From positions 1 through 38,446 of the forward strand of contig JAECRW010000001.1 of assembly GCA_016294985.1 (NCBI GenBank): 38,446 bases of DNA. Reading direction: 5' to 3'. The notes beneath the pieces are model-generated. The model was given only the letters and a program-made list of their open reading frames with translations, did not search any database and was not told the DNA's origin. Below are positions 9,400 to 17,668 of the stretch, one piece after another; position 1 is the first letter of the stretch, and every line of letters begins with the position of its first letter. The DNA is from Candidatus Sifarchaeum marinoarchaea. GTDB lineage: Archaea > Asgardarchaeota > Sifarchaeia > Borrarchaeales > Borrarchaeaceae. The translations under genes and the position numbers were made by a program.

Positions 9400-9882
9400 T
9401 TAACCAAATGTTATCGCAATCCAATCGCCAACATAATGCGTTATAACTATAACTACCAACGCAATAACCAAGTGCTCCATGATCACTTTCCAAGATTTTT
9501 CTTTTTTCTTTTTGGCAATAACAAAACTAAAAATACCTAGCAAAGATAAGCCCCAAACTACACTTACAACGATTGCTGTTGAGAGTTGAAATAGCAAAAG
9601 GGGAACAATAAATGTCAGTGCGAAAACGAATTTGGACAAAACAGTAGAGAATGTTGATTCCCATATCTCGCTTTTAGTGTGCTTATTCTCCGATTCTTCG
9701 GAGATATGAATACCCAGTGCGTCTGAAAATGCATCAGCTATTGCTATTATCAATACGCCACCAATAACCGCAAGTTTTGAACTTGTACCAGAATGTAAAC
9801 CTACCATTAGCCCAAGTGTTGTAATTATTCCAGAGGTTAAACCAAAACTAAATCCTGTTTTTATCGAATGTCTCTTCATCAT
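9400..9882 (-). CDS. VIT1/CCC1-family (DUF125-like) membrane protein
   Basis: 160 aa. The pattern of hydrophobic helices plus IAIADAFSDALGIHISEESE is typical of short archaeal VIT-family proteins. Confidence 0.7.
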   Translation of the reverse strand: MMKRHSIKTGFSFGLTSGIITTLGLMVGLHSGTSSKLAVIGGVLIIAIADAFSDALGIHISEESENKHTKSEIWESTFSTVLSKFVFALTFIVPLLLFQLSTAIVVSVVWGLSLLGIFSFVIAKKKKEKSWKVIMEHLVIALVVIVITHYVGDWIAITFG

Positions 9883-9991
9883 TGTTTTATATCTCCAGCT
9901 TAACTTTTTCTATCACCTACGTTCACATCAACCCCGTGTAGCGGGCAGGACTATATGACATTTTTTTGACCTCTTTTAGTTTTTTCCTTTA

Positions 9992-10627
9992 TTGACTAAA
10001 AATCAGATAGAAAAGATTAAAGGATTACACACACTCACTCATCTTCATACGTTATATCTTGAGGACAATCCAATAAAAGTGGAAGAGTTGTATTTAATAG
10101 GGAAAACTTCTCAGGAGATTGTGAGGTATTGTCTTAAACCCACCGCCCATGAAACCGCGACTCAAAAAAACGTGAACACGGATTATGTAACTGTTAAAGG
10201 CAATAAATTCTCTGTTGCATATGGGACTCTAGACCTTAGTGATAACGATATAACGGACATCAGTGAGATCAAGGGGTTAGATAATCTTCCGAACCTCCGA
10301 ATACTAATCCTTAATGATAATGAGATAACCGAGATCAAAGGACTAGAACATCTCATTCACCTGCAAGAACTACATCTAAATGATAATCTCATAAAAGAGA
10401 TTGGTGGGTTAGAGACACTCACTAATCTCCAATATCTAGATCTTAGGAATAATGAGATAAAAGAGATCAAAGGACTGGAGACGCTCACTAATCTCCAAAC
10501 CTTATATCTTGGTGGTAATCCCATACGGGACAGTGAGCGGCAATTAGTGATTAAATTCGCGCAGGAGATTGTGAAGCATTGTGAGGAAAATGTGGAACTG
10601 ACAAATGCGAGGTTGAAGGACTCGTGA
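9992..10627 (+). CDS. Leucine-rich-repeat protein (LRR-only, internalin-like 22-aa repeats); possibly 5'-truncated
   Basis: 211 aa. Repeats such as LxxLxxLxLxxNxIxEIxGLE recur, for example NLRILILNDNEITEIKGLEHLIHLQELHLNDNLIKEIGGLETLTNLQYLDLRNNEIKEIKGLETLTNLQTLYLGGNPI. The only usable start is a TTG, and the ORF opens in the middle of a repeat unit. Confidence 0.7.
   Translation: MTKNQIEKIKGLHTLTHLHTLYLEDNPIKVEELYLIGKTSQEIVRYCLKPTAHETATQKNVNTDYVTVKGNKFSVAYGTLDLSDNDITDISEIKGLDNLPNLRILILNDNEITEIKGLEHLIHLQELHLNDNLIKEIGGLETLTNLQYLDLRNNEIKEIKGLETLTNLQTLYLGGNPIRDSERQLVIKFAQEIVKHCEENVELTNARLKDS
10229..10525 (+). repeat. Tandem ~66-nt coding repeats (LRR units)
   Basis: The periodic 22-codon units are also visible at the DNA level, for example gagatcaaaggactagaacatctc... 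and gagatcaaaggactggagacgctc.... Confidence 0.8.
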
Positions 10628-10878
10628 AAGAAGAAAAATATAACTTGGAAAGACTTGATGGGATAATAGCTATCTCATTAGCAATACTGGGTTTTGGCGT
10701 CGTACTTACCTGGTGCGAGTCACCGATTGGACAAATCGAAAATTTATTATTAATTGGAAACATTCTAATATTGACGAGTGCTGCCTTCTTACTCATATCT
10801 GTTTTTCTTTGTTTGTTAAATGAAAAAAGGAAGAATTCAAAGGGTTTATCTGACAAGAACAACAAATCCATTTCTTGA
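10624..10878 (+). CDS. Small hydrophobic protein (2 predicted TM helices)
   Basis: 84 aa. Its GTG start overlaps the LRR stop (GTGA), and its stop overlaps the next TTG start (TTGA). Two hydrophobic stretches are present. I recognise no homology. Confidence 0.4.
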   Translation: MKEEKYNLERLDGIIAISLAILGFGVVLTWCESPIGQIENLLLIGNILILTSAAFLLISVFLCLLNEKRKNSKGLSDKNNKSIS

Positions 10879-11303
10879 ACTCACCAGGAAAATTCAGAGA
10901 AATCACTGACGTCCCATATGTGATGTTAGAACAGTTGTATAATGTGCCTTCAATATATGCTAGAATAAAGGATCCAAGATGGATTGAGGCATGCGAAAGG
11001 CTTGGAATAGATGTTATAGATCCTGCACAAATACTGGCCTACAATATCGACGCAAGGATTAGAGGTAATACCTTTCTGGAATTTCTAGAAGAAATTACTG
11101 AAGATGCTGAATTTAAAATGATTCGAATGCCATCAGACGCGTCAAATGAACAAAATATTATAGATTTTGAAAAAAAACAACATCTTCATGTTATTGGAGT
11201 TATGCGAAATGGCGCTTTTATTGTGCCTACTCCAGAAACTACGCTCAAGCCAAGTGACACCGTAGCTTGTCTAAATAAGCGAAAAGGTTTTCATCTGTTC
11301 TAA
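10875..11303 (+). CDS. Stand-alone TrkA-C (RCK C-terminal) paralogue or fragment derived from a duplication of trkA
   Basis: 142 aa. Residues 24-142 align colinearly with TrkA residues 112-230 (VPSIYARIKDPRWIEACERLGIDVIDPAQ...). The first 23 residues are unrelated. Confidence 0.55.
   Translation: MNSPGKFREITDVPYVMLEQLYNVPSIYARIKDPRWIEACERLGIDVIDPAQILAYNIDARIRGNTFLEFLEEITEDAEFKMIRMPSDASNEQNIIDFEKKQHLHVIGVMRNGAFIVPTPETTLKPSDTVACLNKRKGFHLF
10944..11303 (+). repeat. Copy 2 of the 360-nt direct duplication of the trkA 3' part
   Basis: See copy 1 at 8859-9218. It has the same length, the same frame and the same stop context (...CATCT[A/G]TTCTAA). Confidence 0.85.
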
Positions 11304-11311
11304 TTAACAAT

Positions 11312-11998
11312 TCATTGTTGAGCATCAGCTTCTTTTTCAGTACTTTCTTTATCTGTAGATGGATTGATAGAGCGAATGCACTTTTCCACCTGTTTCCAAT
11401 TTACTTCCGTATTATAACAACCTTCTTTTGTCAGAATCACCCCTTGGCTTACTACATCATACTTTTCAGTGACAAGATTGCCTAGGAATATTTCCTTGTC
11501 GCACGCGATCCCGATTACTGCTTTTGGTCTAAATTTTTCGAAGATTTCCACAATTATGGAACCTCCCCTAATTATGAAAACCTTAGCGTATCCTAATCCA
11601 TCAGCAAGTTTCTTTATTCTGCTGATTCCGCATCTTCCGCAGTCCACACAATGATGACCCCATTTATCCGACTTAGCTTCGCAATCAGGGTGTCTAAGAC
11701 ATTGAGGAAAGAGAATTATTCGATTACGGTAGGGAGTAGAGAGAAAAGTCTGTCGATAAGCATCATTTTTCATTTGATTAAAAAGAGTTAGTACTTCCGA
11801 TTCGTCTACGCCAAATCGAGTTGCCAATTTTTCGAACTGGATGGTTAATACCCTTGTTTGCTTTTGTTTGCTTATATTCCGCAATATGCTCATAAGCAAT
11901 GTATTTTTTCCCGGATTTCCTTTTGAATCCATGCTCATTCGTTTCCCAGCTCTCAATTTGTACAAATCCCTTTGTGGAAGTCTATGTACATACATCAT
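11312..11998 (-). CDS. DUF116-family cysteine-rich protein
   Basis: 228 aa. CLRHPDCEAKSDKWGHHCVDCGRCGISRIKKLADGLGYAKVFIIRGGSIIVEIFEKFRPKAVIGIACDKE matches the DUF116 pattern as I remember it. Confidence 0.7.
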   Translation of the reverse strand: MMYVHRLPQRDLYKLRAGKRMSMDSKGNPGKNTLLMSILRNISKQKQTRVLTIQFEKLATRFGVDESEVLTLFNQMKNDAYRQTFLSTPYRNRIILFPQCLRHPDCEAKSDKWGHHCVDCGRCGISRIKKLADGLGYAKVFIIRGGSIIVEIFEKFRPKAVIGIACDKEIFLGNLVTEKYDVVSQGVILTKEGCYNTEVNWKQVEKCIRSINPSTDKESTEKEADAQQ

Positions 11999-12166
11999 AC
12001 TTAATTAATTGAAAAATCTTCCCTTAGACATAACAAAGTTTGCAAAAGAAACAATCACTTTAAATGCGCTGTAGGGATCTTATCGAAGTTTTCAATGCTT
12101 TTTCTGCTGTTTCTTTTGATATAATTGAGATCAAAGCATTGAATAGGCATGAGCACTCTTATATAT

Positions 12167-12364
12167 TTAAGTTTGATGATTTGTCAAGAACTCTGCAGAT
12201 AGATCATGTTTGCGAGAAACAGGGATAACCTCTTTAATCGCGAATTTACGTGCTTTTTGTTGTAAATCCAGTTGTTCTTTTGTCAAAGTAAAATCAAGCG
12301 GCAAAATCAACACCCATAAAACTCCAAATTTGTACTGTATAAAGATTTTCTTATAGGTTAACAT
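12167..12364 (-). pseudogene. Remnant of an acyl-CoA dehydrogenase N-terminus
   Basis: DFTLTKEQLDLQQKARKFAIKEVIPVSRKHDLSAEF is the canonical ACAD opening (compare M-D-F-x-L-[TS]-x-E-Q-x3-Q-x2-[AV]-R-x-F-A-x3-[IL]-x-P). The frame stops about 6 codons later, and I saw no continuation in the other frames. Confidence 0.5.
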
Positions 12365-12546
12365 TTCTTCTTTTTAATGATTATTTAACTTTAGGACTTC
12401 CTTAAACTTTAGTTTCTAAAGCGCTTATAATCGCATAAATCATCATGCGCGAAAAGGAAATAATAAAAGCATCTTGCTTTTAGTGTTTTTCAATTTTATT
12501 TGATACTCCCAATAGCACTCGAATTCATGTATTGATGTGAGATCTG

Positions 12547-13119
12547 ATGTCCACTAAAGAACCAGTTCCAAAATTCATCTTTGAGTGCCAAAAGACTGGG
12601 AGATGCTGCTATATAAGAGATCCGATTAAAATTTTCGATATCGACTTAGCTCGATGGTGGACTGACGGTACTTTTGGCACAGTTTTTCCTTACTTAAAGC
12701 TTAATATGACAGAGACTCTGGTTCCAACTGAAGTAAAAATAGAGAAGACAATTATTCAGGATAATGAGAAAAGGCCTGATGAAGAACATTTTAATTCAGT
12801 CTGTCCATTATTAAATCGTGAGACGAAGGAGTGCACAATTTATTCAACAAGGCCGATCACCTGTAAAGCATTTCCCCTTGGCTATAATGGAGAGAATTTT
12901 GTCATTAGGGATTTAGAATGCTCTGGCATCGATAAAGGTACTATAACCGCTGAACGTCTAAAACAGATAAGAACTGCGGCTAAGAGAGAATTTACTTCTT
13001 ATAACAGAACAATGACTTTACTACCTGCTATTCACAGTCTTCTAATGAAAGAATTAACTGAATTGGCTATGAAAGAAGCCGAGGCTCAAAAAGAAAAGGG
13101 AGAATCCGAATCTGAATAA
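12547..13119 (+). CDS. YkgJ-family (UPF0153, CxxCxxCC-type) Zn/Fe-S cluster protein
   Basis: 190 aa. It has FECQKTGRCCYI and CPLLNRETKECTIYSTRPITCKAFP, which fit the C-P-[FL]-L...C-x-I-Y-x2-RP-x2-C-[RK]-x-[FY]-P pattern. Confidence 0.75.
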   Translation: MSTKEPVPKFIFECQKTGRCCYIRDPIKIFDIDLARWWTDGTFGTVFPYLKLNMTETLVPTEVKIEKTIIQDNEKRPDEEHFNSVCPLLNRETKECTIYSTRPITCKAFPLGYNGENFVIRDLECSGIDKGTITAERLKQIRTAAKREFTSYNRTMTLLPAIHSLLMKELTELAMKEAEAQKEKGESESE

Positions 13120-13131
13120 CTGCTTTTTGCT

Positions 13132-16100
13132 TTAATCGATTTCAAGAAGTTGTTTAACGTCCAAACCTAATTCCATTGCTCGAAGCGTGATCTCTCTTTC
13201 GTCCAGATGAAGAATCAAATTTTGTAACGCGAAATTTGCGTTAAGTTTTTTAAGAATTGATATGCATCTCTTTATAACTTTCACTGCTCGATCAAAATCA
13301 TCAAAAGCAAGTGCGTCCGACAACGTTTCAAATACTCTGGACATGCCGATAAAGTCCTCAAAACTGCGGTAGTGTTCTGCTGCTTTGTAAGCATATTCCA
13401 GCATTAAATCGATGCTAAATTCTTGAACGCGCTTAGCAAAATTTTCATATAATCTCGCACTGATTCGTGCTCTGTTTTCCTCCTGTAGCGTTTGTAATAC
13501 TTCATCGAAAACTGTCCTAAATGCCTCAATAAATTCCGCGCTAGTGAACTCTTCAGAAAGCTTTAATAGAAGGTTTTCTAAAACTTTGGGATCTTTTTCT
13601 TCAGTTACTAATGTCTTAACAAACTGTTGTGCACGATGAACTCCATCTGTTTTCAATAATTTTCTTATAGTCTGCTTCGCATACTCTTCGGCTGCATCTG
13701 AATTCTTCATTGTGTAATATACCTTTATAATTTCAAGAGCGAACTGAACACTATCTTGGTATCTTCCAAGAGTTTCAAGTTTGTCGATGTATTTTTGTGC
13801 TATATCAATTGTTTTTGTGAAGTCGTGAGCCATCGTGATCTCAATAGCTATTGACATAATTTCGTTTGCAAGGGTTATATTAGGCGTTTCAGCATCTAAA
13901 AGTTCTTTAACAAAGCGTATGCAAAGTGCTGTTCCGCTTGCCCACTCGCCTGTCTTCCCTTTCAATTCAGCGAGAGTTTTAATTACTTCTGCTTGATCAG
14001 TCACATTGATCTGATCATTTGTTTCAAAAGACTCAACAAGTTCTTGTAAGAAATTGAGTGCATCTTCTTGTTTTTCTGAATTGAAAAAGTATTGAGCTGC
14101 CGCTGCAGCATGTTTAACGCCGCGAGTGTATTGATTTAATGAAAATAACTGTTCAGCAAACTCTTTGCTGATAATCGCTGCAATTGTCTCTCTATGCTCT
14201 GAGAGATTCATCTCAACTATGAACTCTACAAGCTTTTCAGCCCACGCAGTATCACCAGCCGCTACGATTTGGTCTTTATATTGCGTAAAAAGCACTGTAC
14301 CTTTCCCTATACCTTTAATTATTTCAAAATACTCCTTAAGTTGAGTGATATGCTTATATGCAGTTTCATAGTTTTTCTGTTGAATTAAAAATTCAATAAA
14401 TGGCTTTAAAATCTCTATGCCTGCATGATAGTCGTTTTCAATGTTTATTGCTCGGTTCAAAGCCTGTTCCGTCAATTGCGTTGCCAAACTTAAGTCTTTC
14501 TGCATTAATATGTCCCTATACTTCACTAAAATACCAAATGCGTTTTCCAGATCTGCCATTTCTTCATAAAGTGTGGATATTTGGATAATATATTCTACAT
14601 TGTAGATTTCATTTTCAATCAGAATGTCTGTTACATTCTCTAAGATTGGAATAAGTAGTCTAAGTAAACGCTTTTCTTGATAGTAGTCTGTGATATAGGA
14701 AATAACTTTATAGCCCTCTTCGAATTGTTTTTTATTGAGAAACGTCTCGTAAGTGTCCAAATAGACTTTAATCGCTGTATATGCATCTCCTGATTCATAA
14801 TAAGAATCAAAGGCTCTTTCCAAATATTCTAATGCAATACTATAGTTTTCAGAATCAAGCAATGCTTTTGCGAATGAAAAATTAAATTCAGCAACCCGTT
14901 TTGGTGCATTTGGCCCTCCTAGTTGTGAAATATATTCACTAACTTGATCAACGAACTCTGTTGCGAGTTTAAAATCCCCCTCTTCACATAACATAGGAAG
15001 CGCTTCGTCTTTGTAGATTAACAAAGCTTCATCTATGTCTTCGGCATATTCTATAAGTGTAAATAAACGATCAATAACTTCTTTGGAATCGCCAATTTCT
15101 TTCATTTTACTTGCTGAACTTAGTGTTGCTTCTGCTGTACGATTAAAATCATCTTCGTAAGCTTGTATAGCAAAATCAGTAAACGTCACTAAATATTCCC
15201 GGGCTTCGCTCTTTTGGTTTATCTTGATAAGATCATCAACAGTGTCAAATCCAAATTTAATGACTTTATCGAATTCTCCTCGATCAATATAGACTTTGAT
15301 GGCTGCATTGACAAACTCTAGCGCTTTTAGATACTTTTTTTCTTCTTCCTTCATTAGCTTTTTGGAAAGTGTTGATGCAAGTTCAAGTATTTTCTCATCT
15401 TTACCTTCCTCTTGAAAATACTTAAAACCCCTTTGTGAAAATGAAATTGCCTCTTCTTCCAAATTTACCTCTGAAAGTAATGTGAGAATTTTCTCAGTGG
15501 TTTCAAGAAGATCAAATCTATCTTCTTGAGATTCATAGAAATCGAGTGCGAAATTAAAGAATTTGACAATCTCTTCTTTTACTAAATCGCTAAGTTCTTG
15601 ATCTTCTTCTGGCAGCTGATCAAAATTTTTTAGCAGAAATTCGCCATATTCAACAGAATTTTCTGCATGCGTTCTCATTAGGTCAGCCTTTCGTAAGACC
15701 TCAACTGTTTTCTTCATGTATCGAACAATCACACGAAAATCTAGTCGTTCACGTTTCATTAATGCATCTACGAGCATACTACAAAGTTTTGAAGCATCAA
15801 GGAGTTGTTCTCGTTCAATGATTAAATTGATATTTTCATCGACAAATTCTATAAAGAGATCGACATCTAATTCTAATAACCGCTCTGCAATGTCTTTCCT
15901 TAGTTTATTAGCTTCGGCAAATTTCCCTCGCGTATCTAGAAGTGAAATCGCTTTTGAACCGAATTTTAGTACGCCCAATGGATTTTTAAACTCGCCAAAT
16001 TTGGTCAACAGGGCTGTTGAAAGTTCTGTAGCTTCTTCTATATCTCCATGCTCTTGAACAACCTCTAAGAAGTGTTCAACTGCTTGATTGATTACTAACT

Positions 16101-17274
16101 CTTCTTGAGGTCTTTGTCGGAGTTCTTGTATTACCTTTAGCACGTGATCAGCAGCGAACAAAGCAGCTGATAAGGAAATTTGTGGAATTCCCTGATTTAA
16201 CACCCTTGCTACTTCTTCTTCAATAAGCTCAGCGATTGGCATAGGTTTTGACATACTTTCTCCGGTACTTGTCGAAGAAAATGAGAGAAGCCATTTATCC
16301 GCGCCACGTCGATAGATATGGCCCGTTACGTCTTCCACATGAGAAATCCTAACATCCTTTAAAAAGGCCATTCTGTCCTCGTCTTTCACGCTATCTTTCA
16401 TCAACTCGATATAACGGTCGACATCTTCTGCAGTTCTTAATTTTTTTATCTCGTCTTCCAAAGAAGGTCTTTCTTCGGTAAGCACATCATCGCTACTTGA
16501 TACTGTAACTTCTTCTTTTGGCAAATAATCTACAATGTTATTTAAGACGTCTAAAAGTTTTTCTGCGGCATCATAAGCTCCTGAAAAGGAAAAGAATTCA
16601 AGCTGCTCGTTTAATGTATCAGCAACAGCATCTACAACTGTTGAAGAAATTTTAATTTCTGTTGGACTTGGTGGTTGGCCATGGATAGCAATAATTCGCC
16701 ATTCTTGAGCATCTTTTGCATGTATTTGAAGTGTAGTTTTCCCTCCCTCTACTGATATCTCCTTTACTAATATTTCAGGTTTATCTTCAGTTAATATCGG
16801 GGATGGTATTTCAAGGGCTTCCTTGGGCTGATCTTCTGATTCAGAGGTTTTTTCAATGTCGATAAGCGGCTCTTCTTTTTTCTTTATATCCTTTTCAACA
16901 TCGACCGGTGGTTTCTTTTCTTCTATAACTTTCTTGTCTTCGACAGGTAACTTAAGAATAGTAACTTCTTCTTTTTCCTTCCAAGTGTAATTTTGTGGAT
17001 TCTCTATAACGTCCAATATTTTGTTAACAGCAGCATTTAAACCCGATACTCCATATGATGCAAAGTATTCTGACATATTTTCTGAAATCAACTCAATTAA
17101 TTTGTCTGCAGACGGATTAAGGATATTTCCTTTAAATAAAACGGTAGCTCCGTCTTTAACAAACGTAAAGGACCATAGATACTTTCCTTTCCTTTCTAAA
17201 AAGCAAGACACACTTTCTGTATATGGTAATTCGATTACAGCGACTGTTTTTTCTATTGACATCAGACAACCCAT
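13132..17274 (-). CDS. Giant (1380 aa) uncharacterised protein: three ~85-aa N-terminal repeat modules separated by E/K-rich linkers, then a ~1000-aa alpha-helical repeat (TPR/HEAT-like) body
   Basis: This is a single uninterrupted ORF. For the internal repeats compare YGVSGLNAAVNKILDVIENPQNY, FSFSGAYDAAEKLLDVLNNIVDY and PQISLSAALFAADHVLKVIQELRQ. The remainder is rich in Y/F/A/E/K helical heptad-like segments. Confidence 0.9.
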   Translation of the reverse strand: MGCLMSIEKTVAVIELPYTESVSCFLERKGKYLWSFTFVKDGATVLFKGNILNPSADKLIELISENMSEYFASYGVSGLNAAVNKILDVIENPQNYTWKEKEEVTILKLPVEDKKVIEEKKPPVDVEKDIKKKEEPLIDIEKTSESEDQPKEALEIPSPILTEDKPEILVKEISVEGGKTTLQIHAKDAQEWRIIAIHGQPPSPTEIKISSTVVDAVADTLNEQLEFFSFSGAYDAAEKLLDVLNNIVDYLPKEEVTVSSSDDVLTEERPSLEDEIKKLRTAEDVDRYIELMKDSVKDEDRMAFLKDVRISHVEDVTGHIYRRGADKWLLSFSSTSTGESMSKPMPIAELIEEEVARVLNQGIPQISLSAALFAADHVLKVIQELRQRPQEELVINQAVEHFLEVVQEHGDIEEATELSTALLTKFGEFKNPLGVLKFGSKAISLLDTRGKFAEANKLRKDIAERLLELDVDLFIEFVDENINLIIEREQLLDASKLCSMLVDALMKRERLDFRVIVRYMKKTVEVLRKADLMRTHAENSVEYGEFLLKNFDQLPEEDQELSDLVKEEIVKFFNFALDFYESQEDRFDLLETTEKILTLLSEVNLEEEAISFSQRGFKYFQEEGKDEKILELASTLSKKLMKEEEKKYLKALEFVNAAIKVYIDRGEFDKVIKFGFDTVDDLIKINQKSEAREYLVTFTDFAIQAYEDDFNRTAEATLSSASKMKEIGDSKEVIDRLFTLIEYAEDIDEALLIYKDEALPMLCEEGDFKLATEFVDQVSEYISQLGGPNAPKRVAEFNFSFAKALLDSENYSIALEYLERAFDSYYESGDAYTAIKVYLDTYETFLNKKQFEEGYKVISYITDYYQEKRLLRLLIPILENVTDILIENEIYNVEYIIQISTLYEEMADLENAFGILVKYRDILMQKDLSLATQLTEQALNRAINIENDYHAGIEILKPFIEFLIQQKNYETAYKHITQLKEYFEIIKGIGKGTVLFTQYKDQIVAAGDTAWAEKLVEFIVEMNLSEHRETIAAIISKEFAEQLFSLNQYTRGVKHAAAAAQYFFNSEKQEDALNFLQELVESFETNDQINVTDQAEVIKTLAELKGKTGEWASGTALCIRFVKELLDAETPNITLANEIMSIAIEITMAHDFTKTIDIAQKYIDKLETLGRYQDSVQFALEIIKVYYTMKNSDAAEEYAKQTIRKLLKTDGVHRAQQFVKTLVTEEKDPKVLENLLLKLSEEFTSAEFIEAFRTVFDEVLQTLQEENRARISARLYENFAKRVQEFSIDLMLEYAYKAAEHYRSFEDFIGMSRVFETLSDALAFDDFDRAVKVIKRCISILKKLNANFALQNLILHLDEREITLRAMELGLDVKQLLEID

Positions 17275-17668
17275 TCTATTGACATTTGTTGCTATTTAGG
17301 TCTTTTACTGACTTTACTTAAATTTCTGGTGATTATAAACATCCCTTTTCGTGAATAATCTCTGTCAGCAGCTTAATATAATTCTCATCAGCACAAAATA
17401 TATTTCTTCCGATTCTTATTTACACCCAGTTTCATTTTAGAAAGATTTGATAAAAGCTGTATTGTGAATTAATGCGGAAAAATCGCTTCTAACGAGATTA
17501 ACACCATTATTATTCGACATTTTACAATGATGACATTTCTTTTTCCTTCTTATAGTTTATTTTGTTCTAATGATGAAGATTTATGTTCTATTCAAAAAAT
17601 CTTTAAGGTAAAAGCAGTATTGTGGATTGTTAATTACCACTTTGACAAAATAATAATCATTATCAATC

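Noticed and set aside
10229-10525. Regularly spaced ~66-nt repeats that could superficially resemble a CRISPR array
   Set aside because: The repeats are in frame, imperfect and encode canonical LRR units. There is no alternation of a conserved short repeat with unique spacers.
17527-17580. Two AUGAUGA strings ~43 nt apart (C / C' box-like) upstream of hdrA, possible C/D-box sRNA
   Set aside because: No CUGA D or D' boxes occur at the required spacing and there is no terminal stem. ATGATGA is expected by chance in AT-rich sequence.
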